A stretch of 63,353 bases of DNA, the filler included, from Folioceros fuciformis (taxonomy: Eukaryota), in NCBI GenBank assembly GCA_049999805.1. It is 16 parts of 16 records of this genome, joined end to end, with 100 filler letters (N's around TTAATTAATTAA, not from the genome) between each part and the next. Parts side by side here need not be neighbours in the genome. Positions count along the whole stretch, not along the records: positions 24,015 to 29,295 come from JBNGIO010006639.1; positions 29,396 to 42,081 come from JBNGIO010006640.1; 14 more parts are not named here. One strand, written 5' to 3'. This document shows positions 26,430 to 37,193 of the stretch, piece by piece (position 1 is the first letter of the stretch; the number at the start of each line of letters is the position of its first letter). The notes under the pieces were generated by a model. It ran no database searches. It was not told where the DNA came from and worked only from the letters and a program-made list of their open reading frames with translations. A program made the translations under genes and the position numbers.

Positions 26430-26944
26430 CTCCTTTCTAGGGTTTTAGTTTTACACAGTTTTTTTTGCAGCAGCGTGCGTATTGTTCCATCTTTGCGTGA
26501 GCGAAGCCCGTGCGCGGGACGTAACTCGTGTGTCAGCACCATTTTCAGAGCATGGGAATTGGATCACGCAGGGCTCTCTGCATGAATTCATTGCCCTGTC
26601 AGGTCAAGTGAACGCGACAGGCATGGCGAGGACGATGCTATCACACCGTCTGCGAAGAACGGAATTCACAACCGCGCATCCCTCTAATAGCTACTCGAAG
26701 CATGTCTTTCCAGGTTCTTCAACTCTTGCACTTGTCATTGCCCACACAAGCGTAGGCATCTGGTGCAACCAAGAACTGTATTCAAGTCTACATGCCCTGC
26801 GCAGGGAATGGAAAGAGTCTTATTACGGAATGCCTGCAGTAGGATTGGGAGAGAGACTCGGTTGTGCGCTGAACGCGGACATAGACCCTACGGCCTCGTG
26901 CATGGTTGCAATTCATAGCAACGTGCGATGGCCGAGCGATGGAC

Positions 26945-27117
26945 GCATCAAGGTGGAGCAGGCAGATGCTATAATTAATTCCCCAAAATCAGACTGCTTG
27001 TGGAACAAGCATGAAGGTCGAGCAGGCGGATGCTATGATTCCCCAAAACGCAGACTGCCACTGGAATAAGCATCATCAAGGTCGAGCAAGTGGATGCCAT
27101 GATTCCCCAAGACTCAG
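26945..27117 (+). repeat. Degenerate tandem repeat, ~65-bp unit x ~3
   Basis: Recurring aaggt(c/g)gagca.g..gatgc.at.attccccaa. Confidence 0.8.
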
Positions 27118-27499
27118 CTTGGATGAATTAGTAAGCTTGCAGGTTATCGATAGCAAGCGTTCAATATTTTGTTGAGGTAGTGGTGAAATAGAAGGCCGTG
27201 GAAATACGTTTCTCTTTGGTGCGTCAGTGACGGACTTCCAATTTGTCCAAAGTGCGTGCCAGTCCTGTAGTCATCTTCTATAATTGACTAAGAGATAGAA
27301 AGAGATGGACATAGAGTTTGAGCTATAGAATCCAATCCTTGACGTTAAAAATATCCTCGAGTCTCAAGCAAGCAGAGCCCTACAGAGGTTTTGTGTGAAG
27401 GCCTGATCTTTATCATCTTCTTCGAAGGACGCGCGTGAGCGTGCGTAAGAGTCTTGCTCAGAAAGAAAGATCTGTAGCAAGCGGGTGAGAATTTCTGAA

Positions 27500-28846
27500 A
27501 TGCGGATTGGAAAGAGGAAGCGGCAGATGGACTCAACAGGCTGTGGCGAAGGAGCGTCAACGTTGCCGGACGATGTTTTATTCGAAATCCAAGCTCGGCT
27601 ACCGATTGTGAGTTTAGTGCGATCACGCGCGGTGTGCAAAACCTGGAAGGAGGCCGTGGATTCTCCGAACTTCTTGGTGCAGGAAAGGCTGAAATGGAGG
27701 GCAAGGACAGGAGTAGGAGCGCGGGAACATATGCTCCTGGTGGTAGGATTTCGACTGGGCGAGTCGGAGAGGACGAAGGCGCCAGCCATGGCCATGGTCT
27801 CCAGCGCCTACGACCCTGCCTCTGACCGTTGGTACGAGCTCCAGGTGGGGCCCGGGCTCTGGTGGTATGAGCCCGAGCCGATCCGCACGCACTACTACGA
27901 GGTCAACCCACACTCAGGTCTACGACTGGTGAAGGAGGAGCACAAAGGGCATGTGCAGTTGACCCGGGCATCCTTGTCTCCGGGTGTGTTGCTGGCGAGA
28001 TCGTGTCGCGATGCAAGAACTAGAGAAAATAAGGTCTTCATTCACATCGGTAATCCTTTGGCGGGATCCTGGGCCAGCTTGCCGAAGTTGCCGGGTGAGT
28101 TGTGTATGTACCATTTGTGCGGCGTGCTGGTAGACACCGTGGCACGGCGCTTGAAGGTGGTGATGGCCGAGAGCAGGCTTGCGCCTTTGCGTCCTTTAGT
28201 CCCCATAGTTCCCGTGGGCACGTCCACATTTGTGTTCGACTCAGCGCTGGGAGCGTGGACTAGAACAAGCACCGACATTCCCCTGCATGATGACTTCCAC
28301 GCGGAGGCTGGGGAGGGAGTATTCATTCGCAACGTGCTCTACTGCCTTACTGTGTCCTGCAATCTGCTAGCCTACGATCTAGAGGCAGCTAGGTGGACGC
28401 ATTTGCGGGTGGGCAACAGTGCTGTCTTCCTCAGCGACGTTCATCACTCCACCCTCCGGCTCGTCAGCGTGCAAGACCGGCTGCTTTGCACGGCGTTCCA
28501 TAGTGAGGACCATATGCTTAACCGTCTGCAGATTTGGGAGGTGGACCTGGCATCTACGGCTTGGAAAGTGGTGGACTTTATGCTTATGCATCCTTACAAG
28601 GACATTGCCCGCCTGTACGTGTGCTCGGTCGTGGCTGCGCCAGACGATGTTGTTTACATCATGCGGGAGAGCGAGGAGAGACAGGACGAGATCACGATTG
28701 TGGCTGTCGATTTTCGACAAAAACTTCCAACTTGGAGGCTACTTCCTTGTTTACGCTACAATGGGTTTACGAGGAAGAGCCTGTACTGCTTTGATCCTTG
28801 GTTGCAATTTGGCACCTGGGATATGGGGTCCCTTCATGAAGAGTAG
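27500..28846 (+). CDS. F-box protein (probably kelch / beta-propeller C-terminus), intronless
   Basis: F-box LPDDVLFEIQARLPIVSLVRSRAVCKTW; AYDPASDRW, NPLAGSWASLP, FVFDSALGAW, LLAYDLEAARW repeats; N-terminal KRKR. Confidence 0.9.
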   Translation: MRIGKRKRQMDSTGCGEGASTLPDDVLFEIQARLPIVSLVRSRAVCKTWKEAVDSPNFLVQERLKWRARTGVGAREHMLLVVGFRLGESERTKAPAMAMVSSAYDPASDRWYELQVGPGLWWYEPEPIRTHYYEVNPHSGLRLVKEEHKGHVQLTRASLSPGVLLARSCRDARTRENKVFIHIGNPLAGSWASLPKLPGELCMYHLCGVLVDTVARRLKVVMAESRLAPLRPLVPIVPVGTSTFVFDSALGAWTRTSTDIPLHDDFHAEAGEGVFIRNVLYCLTVSCNLLAYDLEAARWTHLRVGNSAVFLSDVHHSTLRLVSVQDRLLCTAFHSEDHMLNRLQIWEVDLASTAWKVVDFMLMHPYKDIARLYVCSVVAAPDDVVYIMRESEERQDEITIVAVDFRQKLPTWRLLPCLRYNGFTRKSLYCFDPWLQFGTWDMGSLHEE

Positions 28847-29106
28847 GATTCTCTTAGGACTGCCCTTGCGCTGGGAGATGGGTTCCCTTCTCGAAGAGTA
28901 GGGTTCTCTTAGGACTCCCCCTGCTAGTGGGCCTCCACTTTAAAAGTAGGAGTCTAGGCTTAAAGTAGTAGGCCAGCCTAAGGTAGTAGGCCACGTGAAG
29001 TTGTTAACTGGTTAACGGAGTTGCCACGTAAATGAGGGCACGGGATCATTAGTTAAAGTAGTTAACCCTAGATGGGCCACGGACCTTGTGCAAGCGCGCG
29101 AGATGT

Positions 29107-29295
29107 GGAGTTTTAGAATAGGTTTTAGGCTGCCATAAATATTCTCCCTGCAAGTCTTTGGAGTTTTAGAATAGGTTTTAGGCTGCCATAAATATTCTAC
29201 CTGCAAGTCTTTGCAAGCCGCGGAGTTTTAGAATACGTTTTAGGCTGCCATAAATATTCTCCTTGCAAGTCTTTGCAAGACGCAGAGTTTTAGAA
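29107..29295 (+). repeat. Tandem minisatellite, 53-62-bp unit, at least 3.2 copies, runs into the contig end
   Basis: ggagttttagaata(g/c)gttttaggctgccataaatattct.c.tgcaagtcttt repeated. Confidence 0.92.
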
Positions 29296-29575
29296 NNNNN
29301 NNNNNNNNNNNNNNNNNNNNNNNNNNNNNNNNNNNNNNNTTAATTAATTAANNNNNNNNNNNNNNNNNNNNNNNNNNNNNNNNNNNNNNNNNNNNAACAC
29401 CAACGGTGATTGCAACTCCAGAGCTAGCAGGTGGTCCGGAGTTTGATCCTAGCCATGGTGCCCGCTAGGACTCCGAAGCGTGGAGCAAAATCAATTTTCG
29501 GCTGGGATGTCCTTATTACCACAGTCGGGCTGTAGAGGGCTCGTGGCCTGCTACGATTAGCTCAAGTGACTGACG

Positions 29576-31421
29576 ATGGAGGGATTGACTGAAGCTCAGA
29601 CCCGAACACTAACGCATATCAATGTGGGCGCATCTGTGCTCTCGTTCATCGGATCCGCCTTCATTGTTCTTTGCTACATCTGTTTCAAGGAGTTGCGCAA
29701 GTTTTCGTTCCAGCTGGTGTTCTACCTTGCTCTTTCTGTAAGTGCTAGGAATTCGTGTCGGAATTCGGAAGTCCATCTGCATGATCAGGGGTTTTCTGAG
29801 CCCGATCGATGTCGTTGGACTATTCTTTTGCAGGACATGCTGACCAGCCTCTTCAATCTGCTTGGGTAAGCTTGATAGTCACAGATTCTAATTGTCTGTG
29901 CATCAATTTCTTGTGGTTTTAAACTTCGACAAACCGAGATGCCAGCACATCTCGCCTTAGGTGCCGCAACAATAGAAAACAGAAGCTTGGAGGTTCAAGA
30001 GCCGTGGACTGTTCTTAAGATAGGCCATCTTCTATCACCTGTCAAGCTAAATCTGATTGGCAGCATGGCAGTGACCCAGGGGAAGGTTTCTTGTGCACTG
30101 TTCAAGGCTACACCACACAGTTCTTTTCAGTGGCATCCTTCCTGTGGACGACAACCATAGCCTTCACTCTTCATCGCACGGTTGTTCGTCACAAGACAGA
30201 TGTGGAGGACCTTGGTCACATCTATCACTTGTATGTCTGGGGTATGTCTCAATTTCAGCTAGCAAAGAGAGATGACACTTTGCATATTCCGAGCTCTGGG
30301 TGTGCGTGCAGAACCGATGCTCCCGGATATCTGATGGTGAATTTGTGACGTATTCTCTTATCAGTGTCCTCGCTGGTCATGACCATCATACCATCAATTG
30401 CAAATGACTATGGACCGGCCGGTGCTTGGTGCTGGGTCAGGACAGAGACAACTACAGGAAAGGTACGGAAACTCTTCTTGGTTTCCTACATTTGCTGTGT
30501 GGGAGGGCGCGCTGTGCAACCTTCGATGCCAACTATCAAAACTCTGGTTCCAGGTCCTGCGGTTTATCACATTCTATGTTCCTCTTTGGGGAGCTATACT
30601 GTTCAATGGAACAGTTTACTTTCAAGTCATTCGCATGATAAATCACGCAACCCGCGTAAGTATCTCGAATCTTGTCTCCGCCATCAGGGTCAAGCCCGCT
30701 AGTTCCATCTGTCATACATTACTTGATTTAAGCACCTGGTTTTTGCAGATGGCAGTGGGCATGTCTGAACGCCAGCGACAAGTTGAGGTGCGCGCTGATA
30801 TGAAGGTAGGTCACTCAATGCAAAACCTTGTCTGACTGTTTGATGTGGTTGTTGCTTTTAGTATTACCTCGCCGTTACATGCCATTTTGTACAAGTCACT
30901 GTGAACTTCGTTATCATCTTTTCAGGCCATGAACAGGTGGGGCTATTATCCATTGATTTTAATAGGCTCCTGGACATTTGGAACCATCAACCGAATTCAT
31001 GATTTTGTGAAACCACATCAACGGTTGTTCTGGCTGTATTGCCTTCACATTGGCACCGCTGCTCTCATGGTAAGGGCTTCCTGTCTTCGGGTGACTTTTA
31101 GTCCCTGCTCCTGCACGGTAGCCTCTTACATTTCTGTGATTGCAGGGACTCTTCAACTCTATAGCGTATGGGTTGAATGCATCTGTAAGGCGCACACTGC
31201 AAGAAAAATTTGACCTGTGAGTTTTATTTCTGGTTCTGTGCGGGTGACAAGGTAGCTGGTGCCATAACTCGTCGATGCCCGTGTGTGATCGAGTGTTTTT
31301 TTTTCGTAGGTGGTGGCCAGAAAAGTTGAGATGGTGGCAGTCTGGATTTGTGAAGTTAGATCAAGCATTCGCTGAAGGGGAAATGGTGGCACTCCAAGTC
31401 CAGGATGTGCCCAAGAGTTGA
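29576..31421 (+). CDS. GCR1: G-protein-coupled receptor 1-like 7TM protein, multi-exon
   Basis: GASVLSFIGSAFIVLCYICFKELRKFSFQLVFYLALS|DML, QGYTTQFFSVASFLWTTTIAFTLHRTVV, GAWCWV, FITFYVPLW, NRWGYYPLILIGSW, GLFNSIAYGLNASVRR; final exon ends ..DVPKS*. Confidence 0.94.
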
Positions 31422-31695
31422 AAGCCACAATTGTATCTGATCTAGAATAATTTAGGTCCCCTACTCTCTGAACGATTTTGTAACCGATATATGTCCGGAC
31501 AGCGAGATTATTCCCGCACTTCTTTATATGAGTAGATACGTCTTGAACCACAATCTATTCTGTTGGCCCTTGTTAATCTGTGCTACCCAAGGTCTCGGAC
31601 CATGAATAGAATGAGAAACTGTACACCGAGATATCTGAAGTCCGCATGCCCTTCTTTAGGCGACTCTTCTACAAGCACTAGTAGAGTTTCCCTCT

Positions 31696-34600
31696 TCAGC
31701 AGAAAGCAGTCTCTTTTGTCATCTGCGGAGAAGCACAAGTCAACTTCGTTTCACTTGGGCGCTGTTTCTTCTCCTTAACCGAAAAGTTATGGACCAATCC
31801 GTCCATATCTGTCCACCAGCTTAGGCCTGGCTGCTTCCACGCACTCATTCGTTTCCTCTTCACCTGCATGTCATGTGCCTTATCCCACATCTGGGCACCA
31901 TTGTATATGTTGGACATCAACACATACGCCGTCGCATCTTTAGGGTCAAGCTTCACTGCTTCCTTGAAAGCATGGCGCCCCACTTCGACGTTGCTCCACT
32001 TTTGGCAACCACCCAGTAGAGAATGCCAAATGGCGGCGTCAGGTACTACAGGCATTGTCCTCACTAAACCTAGCGCCTTGTCCAATTGTCCTGCACGTCC
32101 CAAGATATCTACCATGCATGTGTAGTGAGCTGTAGTGGGAATGATGCCATACTCTGTGCTCATAGCCTCAAAATACTCTCGCCCCTTTTCCACGAGACCG
32201 GTATGACTACATACGGTTAGTACACTGAGAAATGTGATGCCGTCTGGCTGTAAGCCATCCTCTCTCATTTTAAACACCAAGTCAAACACCACATCACTCT
32301 CTCCCTGTCTGCTGTATCCTGCCACCAGAGCACTCCAGATGCCAACGGTTCTTTCGGGCAAGGCATCAAACGCCTGCTGTGCATCAACCATGCTACCACA
32401 TTTCCCATACATGTTAATTAAACTGCAGACGACAAGCACATCAGTTTGAAGCCCAGATTCTTCGATCTGTTTATGAAGCTGCCTTCCAAAATCCAAAGCT
32501 GCCACATTAGCACATGCCTGCAGCAGACACACAAATGTCATAGAATTGGGTGCAACTATGCCTTCTTCTTGCATAGCTTTGAAAATGTCAAGGGCTTCCT
32601 GCCGCATGCCGTGTTGAGAATAGCCTGCAATCATGGCATTCCACATCACCACAGTTTTTTGACCAAGTTCATCAAATACGCCCTGCGCATCCTCTAAGCT
32701 GCCACACTTTGCGTACATGTTAACCAGACCGCTGGCCACAAACATATCAGCTTGAAGTCCGTCTTCTCTGATCTGCGCATGAAGTTGCTTTCCCTTCTCC
32801 AAACCTGCGTTACCCAAACTAGCACAAGCCTGCAGAAGGCACAAAAATGTCACAAAATCAGGCGCCAAGATGCCTTCTCCTCGCATAGCACTGTAGAGGT
32901 CAAGGGCTTCCTGCCCCATTCCCTGCTTGGAATACCCTGCTATAAGACATGTCCACATCACCACATCTTTTTCATCAAACCCATCAAACACTCGTCGAGC
33001 GTCCTCCAAGCTCCCACATGTTGCATACATCTTTATTAAACTGCTGGCTACAAATAAATCTGCATCGTACCCTTGTTCCCTTATTTGTACATGAAGTTGT
33101 CTCCCCTTCTCCATAGCTGTGGCGCCCAAACTTGCACATGCCTGAAGGACAGGCACAAACGTTAACGAGTCAGGAGGAGTATTGCCTTTGTCTTGCATAG
33201 CACTGAATAGATCAAGAGCTTCCTGCCCCAAGCCCCGCTGAGAATATCCTGCAATCATGGCATTCCAGGTCACCACAGTTTTTTGAGCAAGACTCTCAAA
33301 AAATTTCCTAGCATCTTCTACGCTCCCACACTTTGCATACATATTCACGATGCTGCTGCCTACAACGACATCATCCTGCAGACCCAGTTCCTTAATCTGT
33401 GCATGAATCTGCTTCCCCTCCTCAAGCGCCAGATTTCTCAGATCAGCACATGCCTGTAGGACTGACACCAACGTCAAAGAATTGGGTGCAGCCATGCCTT
33501 CTTCTTGCATAACACTGTAAAGACGAAGAACATCCTGACCCAAGCCTTCCAGAGCATATCCTGCTATCATGGCATTCCACGTCACAACATCTTTCTGGGA
33601 CAGTCCGTCAAACAAGACTCGAGCGCTTTCTAGGCTGCCACACCTTGCATACATGTCTACCAGTTTGTTCGCTACCCCCACATCTGCATGAAGTCCCAGT
33701 CCCCTTATCTGTGCATGAAGCTCCTTCCCCTCTTGCAAAAATGGGGTGCCTCCGCTGGCACATGCCTGAAGGAGGGACCCAAATGTCACAGAGTCCGGTA
33801 TAGATGTGCCCTCTTCTCGCAAAGCTCTGTAGACATCAAGGGCCTCCTGCACCCTGCCCTGCTGAGAATATCCTGCTATCATGGCGTTCCAAGTCACCAC
33901 AGTTTTTCTACCAAGTTCCAGAAACACACCCTGAGCATTCTCTAAAGCCCCACATTTTGCATACATGCTTATCAAACTGCTCGCGATAAAATCATCTGTT
34001 TGAAGTCCTTGTTCCTGAATCTGCGCATGGAGCTGTTTCCCCTGCTCCAGCGCCAGGTTGCCCAAACTTGCACATCCCTGTAGGAGGGACACAAATGTCA
34101 CAGAATTGGGTGCAATGGCACCTTCTTCTTGCATAGATCCGTAAAGATGAAGGGCTTCCTGCCCCATGCCCTGCTGGGAGTACCCTGCAATCATAGCACT
34201 CCATGTCACAACATTCCTTTCACTAAGCCTGTCAAATATTCTTTGAGCGTCTTCCAAGCTACCGCATTTTGCATACATGTTTAGTAAACTGCTGGCTACA
34301 GACACGTCAGCTAGAAGTTCTTGTTCTCTTATTTGAGCATGCAGCTGCTTTCCAGTCTCTAAACCCAAGGTGCCCACACTTGCACACGCTTGCAGGAGGC
34401 AAACAAATGTTACAGAGTTAGGCGTAACATTACTCTCTTCTTGCATAGCTTTGTATACTTGAAGGGCTGCCTGGCCCATCCCCCTGTGAGAATATCCTGC
34501 TATCATGGCACTCCATGTCACCAGATCTTTTTGAGGAAGCCCATCAAATACTCTTTGAGCATCCTCCAAGCTGCCACATTTCACATACATGTTCACCAAG

Positions 34601-36189
34601 CTGTTGGCTACAAACACATCACCCTGGAGCCCTCGTTGTCCAATTTGTGCATGTAACGCCTTCCCTTTCTCCAAAGCGGAGGTGCCTACACTGCTACATG
34701 CGTGCAGGAGGGACACATATGTAAAAGAATCGGGTGAAGTCACACCTTCTTCTTGCATGGCGTTGTAAAGACAAAGGGCTTCCTGCCCCATGCCCTGTTG
34801 GGAATATCCTGCTATCATGGAATTCCATGTCACCACGTTCTTGTCACTCAGTCCATAAAAAATGTCCCGAGCGTCTGCAAGGCTGCCGCACTTTGCATAC
34901 ATGCTTACCAAAGAGCTCGCTACGAACACATCAGGTTCAAGCCCATGTTGTCTAATGTGCGCATGCAGCTGCTTCCCAGTCTCCAGCGCCGAGATGCCCA
35001 AACTTGCACAGCCCTGCAGGAGGCACACAAAAGTCACAGAATCAGGTGAAATGTCGCATTCGCCCTGCATGGTTCTGTACAGATGCAGGGCTTCCTGCCC
35101 CATGCCTTGCTGGGAATAGCCTGCTATCATGGTACTCCATATCACCACATTTTTTTTATCAAGTCTGTCAAACACTCTTTGAGCGTCTTCCAAGCTGCCA
35201 CACTTTGCATACATGTTCAGCAAACTGCTGGCCACAAACAGATCAGCTTCAAGTCCTTGTGCTTTGATAGCTATATGAAGCTGCCTCCCTTTCTCCAAAG
35301 CAGGGGGTCCTACACTTGAACATGCCTGCAGGAGACACACAAACGTCACAGAGTCTAGACAAACCAGCCCCTCTTCTTTCATATCGTTATAAAGACAAAG
35401 CGCTTTGTGCCCCATACCCTGCTGGGAGTATCCAGCTATCATTGCATTCCACGTCACCACATCTTTCTGGGGAAGGCCGTCAAACAATCGTTGAGCGTAG
35501 TCCAGGTGGCCACACTTTGAATACATGTCCACTAAACAGCTAGAGACAAACAGGTCAGGCTCAACTCCAGTATTCAACACATCAGCATGGACCTGCTGCC
35601 CAGATTTTAAGTCCGCTCCCCTCCCACAAGCCTGAAGGGCTGCTACAAATACATGGCCATCCGGCTTCACATTTGAACTGCGCATCCGGTGATATAGTTG
35701 AATGGCCTGCTTATCCAGTCCATGTTTAATATGCGCGGAAATGATGGCAGACCACGTGAAGGCGTCTGGGTTGCTAGTCACAGAAAACACCTCCACAGAT
35801 TCGTGCAACCTAGAATGAGAAGCATACATTCGCAGGATGTGATTGCACAGGAACGTGTCCGACCCATACCCCCCCCTCACGGACAGAGCATGAACACGGC
35901 GACCTAGAGGCAGATCCTTCCTAGCCACACACAGTCTCAGCACCGAATAAAACAGGGATCTGGAAACGTAGCAATCCGTGTGCATCAGCACTCCCAGAGC
36001 CTCCACAGCTTCACTGCACTGCCCATACTGACATAGCCTGCTCACGGTGTCAGCCGTTACGCAAATTTCGTACCCTGCAGACCTGGATGTAGGGACGAGA
36101 CGATCCACATGAACATCAAGAGCATCCAGCTGGGCATTCACCCAAGCTGACTTGTGCAACTTGTCTAGCCTGGAGCACCTTCTGGCCAT
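31696..36189 (-). CDS. Very long PLS-class PPR protein with E domains and truncated DYW:WW-type C-terminus (start codon uncertain)
   Basis: About 12 P-L-S triplets (12 MYxxCG-type S motifs; mostly 37-aa long L motifs), HYTCMVDILGRAG, AYVLMSNIY, then KQPGLSWW..VHNF and a stop with no HxE/CxxC. First in-frame ATG is at 36189; the ORF stays open to 36351. Confidence 0.93.
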   Translation of the reverse strand: MARRCSRLDKLHKSAWVNAQLDALDVHVDRLVPTSRSAGYEICVTADTVSRLCQYGQCSEAVEALGVLMHTDCYVSRSLFYSVLRLCVARKDLPLGRRVHALSVRGGYGSDTFLCNHILRMYASHSRLHESVEVFSVTSNPDAFTWSAIISAHIKHGLDKQAIQLYHRMRSSNVKPDGHVFVAALQACGRGADLKSGQQVHADVLNTGVEPDLFVSSCLVDMYSKCGHLDYAQRLFDGLPQKDVVTWNAMIAGYSQQGMGHKALCLYNDMKEEGLVCLDSVTFVCLLQACSSVGPPALEKGRQLHIAIKAQGLEADLFVASSLLNMYAKCGSLEDAQRVFDRLDKKNVVIWSTMIAGYSQQGMGQEALHLYRTMQGECDISPDSVTFVCLLQGCASLGISALETGKQLHAHIRQHGLEPDVFVASSLVSMYAKCGSLADARDIFYGLSDKNVVTWNSMIAGYSQQGMGQEALCLYNAMQEEGVTSPDSFTYVSLLHACSSVGTSALEKGKALHAQIGQRGLQGDVFVANSLVNMYVKCGSLEDAQRVFDGLPQKDLVTWSAMIAGYSHRGMGQAALQVYKAMQEESNVTPNSVTFVCLLQACASVGTLGLETGKQLHAQIREQELLADVSVASSLLNMYAKCGSLEDAQRIFDRLSERNVVTWSAMIAGYSQQGMGQEALHLYGSMQEEGAIAPNSVTFVSLLQGCASLGNLALEQGKQLHAQIQEQGLQTDDFIASSLISMYAKCGALENAQGVFLELGRKTVVTWNAMIAGYSQQGRVQEALDVYRALREEGTSIPDSVTFGSLLQACASGGTPFLQEGKELHAQIRGLGLHADVGVANKLVDMYARCGSLESARVLFDGLSQKDVVTWNAMIAGYALEGLGQDVLRLYSVMQEEGMAAPNSLTLVSVLQACADLRNLALEEGKQIHAQIKELGLQDDVVVGSSIVNMYAKCGSVEDARKFFESLAQKTVVTWNAMIAGYSQRGLGQEALDLFSAMQDKGNTPPDSLTFVPVLQACASLGATAMEKGRQLHVQIREQGYDADLFVASSLIKMYATCGSLEDARRVFDGFDEKDVVMWTCLIAGYSKQGMGQEALDLYSAMRGEGILAPDFVTFLCLLQACASLGNAGLEKGKQLHAQIREDGLQADMFVASGLVNMYAKCGSLEDAQGVFDELGQKTVVMWNAMIAGYSQHGMRQEALDIFKAMQEEGIVAPNSMTFVCLLQACANVAALDFGRQLHKQIEESGLQTDVLVVCSLINMYGKCGSMVDAQQAFDALPERTVGIWSALVAGYSRQGESDVVFDLVFKMREDGLQPDGITFLSVLTVCSHTGLVEKGREYFEAMSTEYGIIPTTAHYTCMVDILGRAGQLDKALGLVRTMPVVPDAAIWHSLLGGCQKWSNVEVGRHAFKEAVKLDPKDATAYVLMSNIYNGAQMWDKAHDMQVKRKRMSAWKQPGLSWWTDMDGLVHNFSVKEKKQRPSETKLTCASPQMTKETAFC

Positions 36190-37193
36190 GGAATTCCCTT
36201 TGTCGGAACGTAGGCGGATGGCAGCTATTCGACAAGAGCTCCAGGTGGCCAAAGTACTTGTTTCCAGCCACACATCCTGTCGAACCGATTGCCTTCCTTT
36301 CCAAGGTGCTGCGCCAAGCGCCTTCTTCGTTCGGCGATTCTTGGTGTCCAAATGTCAGGAGAACACCATCTGTCAACCTCCCGATATCCATGGCGTAGAC
36401 CCACCCCCTGCAGCTGGAACACAAGACGCTTCTACCACCCACAACATGACCTGAGGAGTTTCCGCAGCCCCCTGGCCTCCAAACCATAAACGTAGATGCG
36501 GAGCATGCCATACTAGACCAATTCTCTGTCGAGATCATCCGCTATATCCATTAGACTATGGGCAACACTCCAGGGACATCCACCAGTGTGTTGGCGGCCC
36601 TTGCAAGCATGCAGGATGGAAAACGTGTGGACGGCCAAAATTGTGATCGACAAACGTCACATCAGGGCCTTGTCACTGAGGCAGTTGAGGTGTATGGAGC
36701 ATATGCGTTGGAAGCTCTCCGGGCCTGTGCAAAGGGGCTCGGACTTTGGAATCTGGGTAGCAGACACTTGACTTTTTGGCCAGTGGATTTGAGAATGGGC
36801 TGTTTGTACGTGATCATTTTTCGATCATGAAGTCCAAGTGCATGTGTCGCAGGTGGCCAGAAAACGCTTAACAAGTTTGGACAGAAAGATCTGCAGGCCT
36901 ACCATCTAACCAGCCTGCCTAGAAGGGTGTATGACACCTGGATCTCGATTCAATTTAATTCAAAAATATGGTGATGTCCCTCACACAAACCCCCCAAAGC
37001 TCTGTCACAAACACATGACAGAGAATCCCCGGAATCTCTGAAGCCTTCGTTCTGCTGTGAGTGACGGATCAGGTTTCGCATCCACTTAATCTCGGATGTT
37101 GAACGGGATCGGTTTATAAAGCACCCTCGTACCCAAGAGAAATCGGAAAGTTCTTGGGCCTAGACAGTTGAGTGATATCGAGTTCTTCTCTCC

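Noticed and set aside
14787-28846. Biosynthetic gene cluster (P450 + GCH1 + oxidoreductase)
   Set aside because: The genes are on three separate contigs joined by artificial spacers; no linkage evidence.
29107-29295. CRISPR-like array (units contain GTTTTAGA, like type II repeats)
   Set aside because: No unique spacers, units are contiguous near-identical copies, no cas genes, eukaryotic context.
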